From an uncultured Oscillospiraceae bacterium (GTDB lineage: Bacteria; Bacillota; Clostridia; Oscillospirales; Ruminococcaceae): a stretch of 64,000 bases of DNA. Shown in pieces: positions 9,542-18,772 of this stretch. Under the pieces are notes generated by a model, which saw only the letters and a list, made by a program, of their open reading frames with translations, did no database searches and was not told the origin of the DNA. The stretch covers positions 552 through 64,551 of the forward strand of contig CAYJLB010000008.1 of NCBI GenBank assembly GCA_964370845.1, given 5' to 3'. The translations under genes and the position numbers were made by a program. The stretch's first letter is position 1. Each line of letters begins with the position of its first letter.

Positions 9542-11375
9542 AATAAAGCCCTCCTGTTTCGCTTTTTATTCCACAACCGCTACATTGTTCCATACAATTT
9601 TTCGTTGTAACAGCTTGGTGAGCCTTTTTATTTTCCTTAATTAAATAATTTTTTGACACCAAATAATCCAAGTGGTCCCAAGGCAAAATTTCCTCATAAT
9701 CACGTTTTCTATTAGCGTAAAATTCTGGAGAAACTTCACATTCTGCAAATGCTTCTTCCCACAAATCAAAACGGAATAAATAGTCTTGAGCATCTAAATT
9801 TGCACCTTTTTTCCACGCAGAATAAACCACGTCGCAAAGCTTTCTATCCCCTTTCGCAAGGACAGCTTCAAGAAGTGAAACCTTGCTATCATGCCAACTT
9901 ACACGGACTTTTTTGGAAGAAATTGACTTTAACAAATGACTTTGTTTTTCTTTAATTTTTTCCATTGTGTCCTGTGGTTCAAATTGGAATGGAGTGAAAG
10001 GTTTTGGCACAAAAGTTGCACAAGAAATTGATACTGTAAGCATTTTTCCACGCAATTCTTTTGGCACCTCAAAGTATAAATCAACAACTTTTTCTGCAAT
10101 TTTAGCAATTGCCTTCATATCCTCCAAAGTTTCGGTAGGAAGCGACATCATAAAGTATAATTTTACATTAGAATAACCGCCCTCGAACGCCATTTTGCAG
10201 GTTGAAAAAATTTCTTCTTCAGTGATATTTTTATTGATAACATCACGCAAACGCTGGCTTCCGGCTTCGGGTGCAAAAGTTAAACTTGTCTTTCTAATTT
10301 GTTTTAGCTTGTCCATTAAACCTTGAGAAAAATTGTCAATTCTCGTTGAAGGTAAGGACAAATTCACGTTATTTCCAAGGGTATAATCAGTTATACTATT
10401 CAACATTCCCTCTATATCGGAATAATCACTTGTACTAAGTGAGGAAAGTGAAACCTCCTCATAACCTGTATTTTCGCATAAACATTGAAGTTGGTTTGTA
10501 ATTGTGTCAACATTTTTCTCTCTTAAAGGACGATAAATGAACCCAGCTTGACAAAAACGACAACCTCTCGCACAACCACGCAAAACCTCAACAACTGCCC
10601 TATCATGTACAATTTCTGTAAAAGGAACAACAAAATTATCTGGATAATAAACCTTATCAAAGTCGGAAATCAGTCTTTTTTCCACAGTTTTTGGAGCTTG
10701 TTCAATATTAGGTTGCACCGATTTTATGGTCTTGTCATCATTGTATTCAACGTCATAAAATTCAGGCACATAAACGCCCTTAATCTGACAGGCTTCACGC
10801 AAAAATTCAGTTTTTGTAGGATTATTCGGCTTCATTTTTGCGTACAAATCCATTAGTTCAAGGTTAACTTCCTCCCCCTCACCAAGGATAAAAATGTCGA
10901 TGAAATCCGCCAATGGCTCAGGGTTACAAGCACATGGTCCACCCGCCACAACTATTGGAAACAAGTCCGTTCTATCCTTAGATTTTACTGGCAAACCAGC
11001 TAAATCAAGCATATTTAAAACTGTAGTATAGCAAAGCTCATATTGCAAAGTAAAGCCAATAAAATCGAAATCTTTAATAGCTTCAAGGCTTTCTAAACCA
11101 TAAAGAGGAATGTCATTTTCACGCATTTCCTTCTCAAAATCAGGCAATGGAGCAAAAACACGCTCACACCAATAATTCTCCCTTTGATTTTTCAAAGCAA
11201 CAAGGATTTTCATTCCAAGGTGGGACATTCCCACATCATAAGTGTCGGGGAAACAAAAGGCAAACCGCACATCTACCTTACTTTTATCTTTATGAACGCT
11301 ACCAAATTCCCCGCCGATATAGCGAGCTGGCTTTTGCACGTTCAATAAAACTTTCTCAATTTTTTCTCTTAACAT
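9528..11375 (-). CDS. TIGR03960-family B12-binding-domain radical SAM protein
   Basis: 615 aa, CxxxCxxC cluster motif in RGCARGCRFCQAG. The N-terminal part resembles a B12-binding domain, and it pairs with DUF2344. Confidence 0.85.
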   Translation of the reverse strand: MLREKIEKVLLNVQKPARYIGGEFGSVHKDKSKVDVRFAFCFPDTYDVGMSHLGMKILVALKNQRENYWCERVFAPLPDFEKEMRENDIPLYGLESLEAIKDFDFIGFTLQYELCYTTVLNMLDLAGLPVKSKDRTDLFPIVVAGGPCACNPEPLADFIDIFILGEGEEVNLELMDLYAKMKPNNPTKTEFLREACQIKGVYVPEFYDVEYNDDKTIKSVQPNIEQAPKTVEKRLISDFDKVYYPDNFVVPFTEIVHDRAVVEVLRGCARGCRFCQAGFIYRPLREKNVDTITNQLQCLCENTGYEEVSLSSLSTSDYSDIEGMLNSITDYTLGNNVNLSLPSTRIDNFSQGLMDKLKQIRKTSLTFAPEAGSQRLRDVINKNITEEEIFSTCKMAFEGGYSNVKLYFMMSLPTETLEDMKAIAKIAEKVVDLYFEVPKELRGKMLTVSISCATFVPKPFTPFQFEPQDTMEKIKEKQSHLLKSISSKKVRVSWHDSKVSLLEAVLAKGDRKLCDVVYSAWKKGANLDAQDYLFRFDLWEEAFAECEVSPEFYANRKRDYEEILPWDHLDYLVSKNYLIKENKKAHQAVTTKNCMEQCSGCGIKSETGGLYCGKR

Positions 11376-11452
11376 TAATATGACCTATCCTTTCTCATAG
11401 AGGTTTAACTGCATATTTATTTTATTATATACTATTTTAAAAGAAATTTCAA

Positions 11453-12025
11453 CTATGAAAAAAATTCACTTACAAAAATAAACAAAAGTGAAGCTAAAAG
11501 CAGGTAATTTACTTGATTTATAACCGCCAAATAAATGGAAAATGTTAAGATAATTCCTATAAAAACTAAGCTTATTGCCTTGGAAATAAATTCAGATTTT
11601 GCTGGATAATACCGCTGTAATGCAAGGTTTAACATCTTTCCACCATCGAAATGTCTTAGGGGAAGTAGGTTAAAACTTCCGATGATTAAATTCATTACAG
11701 CAAACACTTGAAATAATGCACTTTCTACAAAAAAATAAATTAAAAACAGTGAGAAATTACAAATTATCCCAGCGGACAAAACTAACATATTTTCTTTGTA
11801 ATTAAGAAAATTTTCCCTTGTAGAAATTTTTATTCCTCCACCATAAAAGGTAATTTTTTCAACTTTTCCGCTGAAAAATTTTATCATAGCAATATGCCCG
11901 AACTCGTGGATAATGCTTGCTATAATGGATAAAAGGAACAATCCTGTCCTATCGAAAAAGGAAAGGATTGCAAGGCAGGCAAAAAAGCTGAACTTAATAG
12001 AAATTTTATTTTTAATTTTAATAAT
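11453..12025 (-). CDS. small M50 (site-2 protease) family metalloprotease, start codon uncertain
   Basis: HEFGH zinc motif plus NLLPLRHFDGG (the NxxPxxxxDG motif of S2P). The reading frame stays open upstream of the first ATG (11941) through a hydrophobic segment (FSFFACLAILSFF) up to a TGA at 12031-12029. Confidence 0.7.
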   Translation of the reverse strand: MIKIKNKISIKFSFFACLAILSFFDRTGLFLLSIIASIIHEFGHIAMIKFFSGKVEKITFYGGGIKISTRENFLNYKENMLVLSAGIICNFSLFLIYFFVESALFQVFAVMNLIIGSFNLLPLRHFDGGKMLNLALQRYYPAKSEFISKAISLVFIGIILTFSIYLAVINQVNYLLLASLLFIFVSEFFS

Positions 12026-12057
12026 TTGTCATTCCTTTCTTATTTTTTTAAATAGAT

Positions 12058-12324
12058 TTACACGTCAAAAAACTTTCTCACTTTCTCCATTTTATCGCTG
12101 ACAATTTTGTCCGCTGTGAAAGAAGTGTTAAGTTTTAATTTCAAATATTCGGAAAAAATTCCGTAAATATGAGGCTTTACACACCTTAAAACTGCTAAAG
12201 TTCCGTACAATCCCACTGAAAAGACAATTTCTATCACAAGCAAATCTTTGTATGTAATTCGCCTTTCTTCCTCAAATTGATAGTCACTTTCATCACTGTA
12301 AATTAACAAGGAAATGTTCTCCAT
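12058..12324 (-). CDS. hypothetical small membrane protein (88 aa)
   Basis: ORF with one hydrophobic segment, directly upstream of and co-oriented with the M50 gene. No recognisable motif. Confidence 0.4.
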   Translation of the reverse strand: MENISLLIYSDESDYQFEEERRITYKDLLVIEIVFSVGLYGTLAVLRCVKPHIYGIFSEYLKLKLNTSFTADKIVSDKMEKVRKFFDV

Positions 12325-12437
12325 AAAACACCATTCCTTTCTGAAACTACTTCTATTAATAAATATTCACTGTAAAAAAATAATATTCTGCCGAAAAATT
12401 GTCCTTTTTGAAAAATACTTTTAATTTATAATTTAGT

Positions 12438-12466
12438 TTGACTTTTTTTGTGAAATTGTTTATAAT
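12438..12466 (+). promoter_or_regulatory. sigma-A type promoter of the lipoprotein/ABC operon
   Basis: TTGACT (12438-12443), 17 nt, TATAAT (12461-12466). Confidence 0.6.
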
Positions 12467-12682
12467 TAAATTTATAATTTATAAATAGTTGTTTTCATTC
12501 GATTTACTTTTCCTGTCATTTTTTGTGGAAAAATAAACGTTGGGTAAAGCGGGAAACTGTTTTGCCTCCCTTTTTTGGAAAGAATGAACTTTTTTTACTG
12601 CTTATGCGGTTTATTTAGGTTGCTTTCTTTTCTTTAAGGAGCAACTTTTTATTTTATTTAAGGAGAAAGGATTGGGCAAAAA
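12467..12682 (+). promoter_or_regulatory. ~210-nt structured 5' leader with terminator-like hairpin (candidate riboswitch/attenuator, class unknown)
   Basis: 8-bp hairpin 12543-12550/12559-12566 with loop GGGAAACT. Stem GTTGCT/AGCAAC (12619-12624/12640-12645) is followed by TTTTTATTTTATTT. The block 12526-12582 is homologous to 18877-18933. Confidence 0.4.
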
Positions 12683-15600
12683 ATGAAAAAATTATTGGCA
12701 TTATTTTTAGCATCGTTTATGTTACTTGCTACCGCTTGTGAAAGTGACGAAAATTCCAAAGAAACGGGAGAAGTTTCACCCGAAATTGAAAAAAGTGTGG
12801 AAATATTCGAAGGAATTGACTTTGAAACTTCCGAATATAAGCACATTACAAATGGCGGAATTACTACAGATGACGTTCTTCCATATGCAATTGACGCAAT
12901 TACTGGAGCAACTGTTACTGTTGAGGGGCCTGCTGTTGACACAAGTATCCCCCTTTCAGTTCGTGAACTTGAAAATAAAAATGAGGGAATTGTCCGCGGA
13001 ATTTACAGCGATTCAACTGGTGAATTTATCTACGAGGGTGTGGATTTATACTATATTATAAACGAAATGACTGACGGAGATAATGGAATTTTCCTCACAG
13101 ATAATGCTTATGCTGTTGAGCTTCGCAACGATGAAAGGGCGACTATTGCAACAATTAAAATAGAAGATATTACTAAAGCCCACGAAAATAATGAGCCTAT
13201 TATCATAGCTTACGGAATTGGAACTGTTGACGGAGAAATTTCTTCTCCTTTTGTTTATGACGGTGAAACGGAGGAAGCTGTTCCTCTTGGATATATTGAG
13301 GAATTGAACAACGATGACGGTTGTTTAAAACTTGTTTTTGACGGAAATAAATATTCAACCGAAAACAATTACACAACTTTCGACAATGTAGCTTATATTT
13401 ACATTCAAGAGGAAGTAACTCCTGGATTTAAGCATACTTTAGCCGACAACGAAAGCTATGATTCTTCCGATTATTTAGACTATATTTTGACAATCCGTGG
13501 TGGAGCGTTAGGACGTGAGTTCACTATGACTTTGGAGGAACTTGAAAACTTAGTTAAATATGATGAAAATAATGACGTAATCGAGGGTGGAATTGGCTTT
13601 AGAGAACGTTATTCCCTAGCTAACAATGCTTATTGGTATGTAAATGAGTATGAGGGACTTGATTTGTACAAAATGCTCACTTATTTAGGTATGAGAACTG
13701 CCGAAGATATGGGGCGAGCAGACTCAAGAAACACTTTAATTAGCTTTATTGCTGCGGACGGACACCCTTCTAACGAAACTTTTTCTGTGGAAACTTTATC
13801 CTATCCCGATGTGTTTGGATTTTATCAAAAAAATGCTTTAGACACTGGGGACGGGTCATATGCACCGTCAAATAGCGACCTTGTTAATTCGGGTTATCCT
13901 GTGTTGCTTGCTTATGGTGTAAACAGCTATCCTTACACAATTTCTACCTTTGATAATGGCTATTTATCAGGTCTTGGAAACAGCGGTGGACCTTTTAGAA
14001 TTGTATTTGGAAAAACTCAATATTACCACGCAAACGGCTCTTATCAAGTTCAATTTGTAAACGAAATTATTGCCGGTGAAAACATTCAATATAACACTCA
14101 CAAATACAGTGATAATGCTGATTATAACGCACTTTCAAACAATACAATTTCCTTAAACATTACAAACTGGAAAGAGGAAACTATTGCAAATGAAAATATT
14201 TCAGTTGGTGAAATTGAAGACATTATTTACGGTGAAAATGTGGACTTTAAAGTTGCTCAAACTGCAAAAGTTAAGGATATTTATGAAGTTGAAGAACTTG
14301 ACATTTATGAGGGAGTTGACCTTGAATATTTCTTAATGGAATATGCAAAAGTTCCTGGAACTGTTGGAACTGTAACTTTCACTTCGGAAAATGGTGAAGT
14401 TTTAACTACCGACATTGACAGAATTTTCGGGCTTGGAAAAAACACTTCCGACGGTGAGGAAGTTAAGGCTGAATTATCTCCTATTTTAGCTTTTGCAAAA
14501 AATGGCTCTCCTTTAGTAATTGACGAAAATTCAGCAGGATATGAGGGAGAAGTTTCCTTAAATCCTTTGTCAGATAGCGACCCTACAACCTATTCTGTAA
14601 ACAATAGCGGAGGACCTTTAGCTGTTATTTTACCAAAAACTACAACTGAAAATGCTGAGTTTTTAGCCAATGTAGTTTCAATAAATGTAACTATCGAAAT
14701 GGACACCTATTCCCACTTAGAAGCTCCTTATGACAGCCTTTCAAAAAGCGAAGTTTCTTTCTACGGTGAGGGTTTAGAAAAAGAAATGACTTACACAGTG
14801 GCGGAAATTGAAGCTATGCAAATTGACGCTAAAACTTATGATTATAGCGTAGTAAACAGCGAAAACGCAAACAGCTACGAAGAACGTTACAGAGGTGTTC
14901 CACTTTACAATATTTTAACGGACATTGGCTTAATGAGTAACGCTGGCGATGTGATTGTTCACTACGGAAATGGGGAAACTAAAACAATTTCTCTTTCATT
15001 ATTAAAAGGGCAAAATTATCAAAACTACATTTCCCCAGATAAAGGGAATATTTCAGCAATGCTGGCTTTTGGAATCGGACAGACTGATGAAACTGCAAAA
15101 TATGGATATCCTCTTGTGCAAGATGAAAATTCTGACGGATTTTTTGGAGAAATCGGCAATTTAGGTGGTCCTTTGAAATTAGTTGTTCCGCAAGAAGATG
15201 AATCCGCTATAAATGGTGAACTTTTCTGTGAAAATGTGACAGCAATTGAAGTTACTGCAAATGATATTCAAACTTGGGGACATGAAATGAGTGACATTTA
15301 TGCTGAATTTTTGGACTACGAATTTGAATTTGTTGTCAAAAATGAAGTACACGAATGGCGAGAAACCTTCACTGTTGCTCAATTAGAAGCGTTAACTGGC
15401 TACATTGTTCGTGATACTTACTCCGTTCTTGAAATTGGAGAGTGCGAGGGTGTTGACATTTGGAACTTTGTAAACTTAATTGCTGGGGAAGTTGAAGGGA
15501 TTGAAAACCCTGTTTCAGTAACAGTTTACGCTGAGGACGGATACAAAAATGACCTACTTTCAACTTATAATTTAGAAGCTCTTGAAGAAGGAGTTCTTGA

Positions 15601-15838
15601 CGCAAATAACGAGAGAAAAGCCTTGATAATTGCATACGCACTGAACGGTTACCCACTTGTTGACAGCGAAAATCACGAGGGTTACACAGGGCTTGCGGGC
15701 AATAGTTCAGGACCTCTTAGAGTTATCGCTGAAAATGTGCAAGGTGCTTCTGTAAAATTATTTAACAAACTTATTGTTACAATTGAGGGCGATGAGGAAA
15801 TCAACATTACAGTTGACGAAAGCATTTTTGAAAAATAA
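12683..15838 (+). CDS. 1051-aa secreted lipoprotein with five tandem sulfite-oxidase/MsrP-like (Oxidored_molyb-like) modules
   Basis: Signal peptide plus a Cys in MKKLLALFLASFMLLATAC. Five ~160-200 aa modules each show Y.GVDL.., a ..(A)Y(A/G).NG.PL.. segment, and GGP(F/L)(R/K/A)(I/L/V)V (nt ~13985, ~14606, ~15165, ~15707; degenerate CLKLVF at ~13320). Fold assignment is by eye. Confidence 0.8.
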   Translation: MKKLLALFLASFMLLATACESDENSKETGEVSPEIEKSVEIFEGIDFETSEYKHITNGGITTDDVLPYAIDAITGATVTVEGPAVDTSIPLSVRELENKNEGIVRGIYSDSTGEFIYEGVDLYYIINEMTDGDNGIFLTDNAYAVELRNDERATIATIKIEDITKAHENNEPIIIAYGIGTVDGEISSPFVYDGETEEAVPLGYIEELNNDDGCLKLVFDGNKYSTENNYTTFDNVAYIYIQEEVTPGFKHTLADNESYDSSDYLDYILTIRGGALGREFTMTLEELENLVKYDENNDVIEGGIGFRERYSLANNAYWYVNEYEGLDLYKMLTYLGMRTAEDMGRADSRNTLISFIAADGHPSNETFSVETLSYPDVFGFYQKNALDTGDGSYAPSNSDLVNSGYPVLLAYGVNSYPYTISTFDNGYLSGLGNSGGPFRIVFGKTQYYHANGSYQVQFVNEIIAGENIQYNTHKYSDNADYNALSNNTISLNITNWKEETIANENISVGEIEDIIYGENVDFKVAQTAKVKDIYEVEELDIYEGVDLEYFLMEYAKVPGTVGTVTFTSENGEVLTTDIDRIFGLGKNTSDGEEVKAELSPILAFAKNGSPLVIDENSAGYEGEVSLNPLSDSDPTTYSVNNSGGPLAVILPKTTTENAEFLANVVSINVTIEMDTYSHLEAPYDSLSKSEVSFYGEGLEKEMTYTVAEIEAMQIDAKTYDYSVVNSENANSYEERYRGVPLYNILTDIGLMSNAGDVIVHYGNGETKTISLSLLKGQNYQNYISPDKGNISAMLAFGIGQTDETAKYGYPLVQDENSDGFFGEIGNLGGPLKLVVPQEDESAINGELFCENVTAIEVTANDIQTWGHEMSDIYAEFLDYEFEFVVKNEVHEWRETFTVAQLEALTGYIVRDTYSVLEIGECEGVDIWNFVNLIAGEVEGIENPVSVTVYAEDGYKNDLLSTYNLEALEEGVLDANNERKALIIAYALNGYPLVDSENHEGYTGLAGNSSGPLRVIAENVQGASVKLFNKLIVTIEGDEEINITVDESIFEK

Positions 15839-15859
15839 ATAGCGAAAAAGGAAGATTAA

Positions 15860-16918
15860 ATGAAAAAAATAATTGCAATTTTACTGGCTTTAACCTTGAC
15901 AATTTCCCTTTCTGCATGCAATAATAAAAAGAATAGTCAAGTGGAAACTTCAGCTACAACTGCCCAAACTACTGCACAAACTTATCCATTTGAAACTGTA
16001 ATCGACGCTTCCGACGACGTTTTGGAAGTGCCAGAGGACAGCGATAATATTACTGTAGCTTCAACTTATGCTGTAGTTGTGCCATTTTTGAAGGCTTTGC
16101 AAATTACTGAAAATGTAGTTGCGATTAATGCTAAAACTAAGTTTTGGACGGACACTGACGGATTTTTGGATAATGCTGGCACTGTAGGACGTGGAGTTGT
16201 TGACCTTGAAGCACTTGCTACTTTTGAACCAACTTTGTTTATAAATCGAGCATTTGACGATAAAACTAAAACTGCTGTGGAAAATCTTGGAATAGAGTAT
16301 ATGGCTGTCCACGCTGAAACAATTGAGGACACTTACAAAACCCTCACTATGCTAGGCGATTATTTCGGAGCGTCCGAGAGAGCAAACGAAGTGATAACTT
16401 ATATGGAAGAAAAATTTGCTGAAATTGCTGAAATTGTCAGTAAAATCCCCGAAGATGAAAAAGTTTCTGCTTTTGTAATGGGAGGGCAACTTGGAAGTGT
16501 TGCTGGGCAAAACTTTTTGCAGTCAGAAATGATTGAGCTTGCTGGAGGAATTTCCCTTGGAAAAGAATATTCCACAAGCGATAGTTGGGCAATGATTGGA
16601 GTGGAGGAAATTTTTGCAAATGACCCTGATTTCCTATTCACAACAGCTTCCACTGTTTTAGATTATTCAATTGAAAAAATTTATGGTGATGACACTTGGG
16701 GAGCATTAAAAGCTGTCCTTAATGAAAATATTTATCAAATTCCAGCGAAAATTCACGCTTGGGATTTACCTGGAGTTGAGCCTGTAATCGGGACTTTTTG
16801 GCTACTTCATAAAATGTACCCTGAATATTTTTCTGCAAATGAATTACAAGCCGAAATTGATGAATATTACACATTTATTTTTGGTGAAACTTTTGACAGC
16901 GAATATTTAGGCTACTAA
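15860..16918 (+). CDS. ABC importer substrate-binding lipoprotein, class III (FecB/BtuF/FhuD-like periplasmic binding protein)
   Basis: Lipobox LSLSAC, 352 aa, placed directly before a FecCD permease and its ATPase. Substrate cannot be deduced. Confidence 0.8.
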   Translation: MKKIIAILLALTLTISLSACNNKKNSQVETSATTAQTTAQTYPFETVIDASDDVLEVPEDSDNITVASTYAVVVPFLKALQITENVVAINAKTKFWTDTDGFLDNAGTVGRGVVDLEALATFEPTLFINRAFDDKTKTAVENLGIEYMAVHAETIEDTYKTLTMLGDYFGASERANEVITYMEEKFAEIAEIVSKIPEDEKVSAFVMGGQLGSVAGQNFLQSEMIELAGGISLGKEYSTSDSWAMIGVEEIFANDPDFLFTTASTVLDYSIEKIYGDDTWGALKAVLNENIYQIPAKIHAWDLPGVEPVIGTFWLLHKMYPEYFSANELQAEIDEYYTFIFGETFDSEYLGY

Positions 16919-16951
16919 ATCAATTAATTTTATTAGAAAGGTAGGGTTTAA

Positions 16952-17980
16952 TTGAAAAGTACAAAAACTAAAATTTCTTTTTGGAAAATAATTGTAATCC
17001 TATCTTTACTTTTGTTGGTTTGCATAGTCCTTGCGGTTTGTGTTGGGAAATTCCCTGTCACTCCCCTTGAAAGCCTTGAAGTTTTGTTTACACAGATTTT
17101 TGGGCAGGAAAACAACCTTTCCGAAATGACAAATAACGTTGTAATGGGGCTTAGAATTCCACGAATTTTAGTAAGCGTTACCGTAGGAGCTGCACTTTCC
17201 GTCGCTGGGGCTTCTTATCAAGGCGTTTTCAAAAACCCGTTAGTTTCCCCCGATTTTCTCGGTGTTTCTGGGGGAGCGTGCATTGGTGCAGCTTTAGCAA
17301 TTGTAATGGCTCTTCCCTATGAATTTACTCAAATTTTCGCATTTTTGGGTGGAATTTTTGCAGTTGCAATCACAATTTCTATTCCTATGGCTTTGAAAAA
17401 TAAAACTAACATTGTTTTGGTTTTATCGGGTGTAATTGTAGGTTCAGCCGCTTCTTCCGTCCTTGGATTTATCAAATATATTGCTGACCCAGAAACTGAA
17501 CTTGCCGCCATAACTTACTGGACAATGGGGAATTTTTCCTATGTTACTTTGGAGGAATTGTTTGTAGTTTTCCCAGCTGTTTTGATTTGTTTAGTGGTGT
17601 TATTCCTTATTTCTTGGCGAATTGACATACTTTCTTTAGGGGAAGATGAGGCGAAAACTCTTGGGATAAACATTACATTTACAAGAAATATCACAATTAT
17701 TTGCTCAACAATTTTAACTGCAACATCTGTTTCACTTTGTGGAACTATCGGTTGGATAGGGCTTGTAATTCCCCACTTTGCACGAATGACAACGGGAGCA
17801 AACCATACTAAATTGCTTCCTGTTTCAGCGTTAATCGGCGGTTTATTTATGCTTTTTATTGACACTTTAACAAGGACAATTGGACCCGAAGAAATGCCAG
17901 TAAGCATTTTAACTGGAATAATTGGCGCACCTTTTTACTTGATTTTACTAATGAAAAATCAAAAAGAAAGGTTGGTGTGA
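16952..17980 (+). CDS. FecCD/BtuC-family ABC importer permease
   Basis: 342 aa, about 9-10 TM segments, conserved GTIGWIGLVIPHFARM segment typical of FecCD. TTG start. Confidence 0.9.
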   Translation: MKSTKTKISFWKIIVILSLLLLVCIVLAVCVGKFPVTPLESLEVLFTQIFGQENNLSEMTNNVVMGLRIPRILVSVTVGAALSVAGASYQGVFKNPLVSPDFLGVSGGACIGAALAIVMALPYEFTQIFAFLGGIFAVAITISIPMALKNKTNIVLVLSGVIVGSAASSVLGFIKYIADPETELAAITYWTMGNFSYVTLEELFVVFPAVLICLVVLFLISWRIDILSLGEDEAKTLGINITFTRNITIICSTILTATSVSLCGTIGWIGLVIPHFARMTTGANHTKLLPVSALIGGLFMLFIDTLTRTIGPEEMPVSILTGIIGAPFYLILLMKNQKERLV

Positions 17981-17985
17981 TTTAA

Positions 17986-18762
17986 ATGATTTTTGAGATA
18001 AAAGACCTTTATTTTGAATATAAAAAAGGAAAACCTATACTTTCCGACTTAAATTTATCATTAAAAGAGGGGGAAATTCTCACTATTTTAGGCCCTAATG
18101 GAGCGGGAAAGTCCACTTTGCTTTCTTTAATGATAAAGCTTTTAAAACCATGTGAGGGGGAAATTTTTCTCGACAGTGAAAATTTAGCCGACTTAAAGGA
18201 AAAAGATATTGCAAAAAAAGTGAGTTTTGTTCCACAAAGTGTTTCCCCTACTTTCAGTTATTCCGTTTTGGATTACGTTTTAATGGGGAGAGCGCCAATG
18301 ATTTCCTATCTTTCAAGACCCTCAAAAGCAGATATTGAATGTGCAAAAACTGCAATTTCTGACATGGAAATTTCCCATCTTTCCGACAAATCTATCCTTG
18401 AAATAAGCGGTGGAGAGAGGCAACTCGCAACCATTGCACGGGCGATTGTACGCAGTCCAAAAGTGATTTTATTTGACGAGCCAACTTCTCACCTTGATTT
18501 CGCTAATCAATTGAAAGTTTTGCGAATTGTGAAAGGTTTATCCGAAAGAGGATTTTCTGTTGTAATCACAACCCACAACCCTGACCACGCTGTGTTACTT
18601 TCCGATAAAACAGCTTTAATTGACCGAAATGGAAACATTATTAGCGGAAAAACTGAGGAAATTCTCACTGAAAATATGCTAAAAAAAGTCTATGACACCG
18701 ACTTAATTTTGCGTTATATTGACGAAATTGGACGTTTTTCCTGCCTTTATCCTAATTTATAA
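17986..18762 (+). CDS. ABC importer ATP-binding protein (FepC/BtuD-like)
   Basis: Walker A GPNGAGKST, signature ISGGERQ, Walker B ILFDEPTSHLD. Confidence 0.92.
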   Translation: MIFEIKDLYFEYKKGKPILSDLNLSLKEGEILTILGPNGAGKSTLLSLMIKLLKPCEGEIFLDSENLADLKEKDIAKKVSFVPQSVSPTFSYSVLDYVLMGRAPMISYLSRPSKADIECAKTAISDMEISHLSDKSILEISGGERQLATIARAIVRSPKVILFDEPTSHLDFANQLKVLRIVKGLSERGFSVVITTHNPDHAVLLSDKTALIDRNGNIISGKTEEILTENMLKKVYDTDLILRYIDEIGRFSCLYPNL

Positions 18763-18772
18763 CAGTTTAAAC

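Noticed and set aside
12467-12682. A cobalamin riboswitch upstream of the FecCD/BtuCD-class importer locus (also considered for 18802..19065).
   Set aside because: Neither leader contains the GCCACTG-type B12 box or the GGTG..AATCC / AGGGAA core as I know them. FMN, TPP, SAM, T-box, Mn and NiCo consensus elements are also not visible. The leaders are kept as candidates of unknown class.
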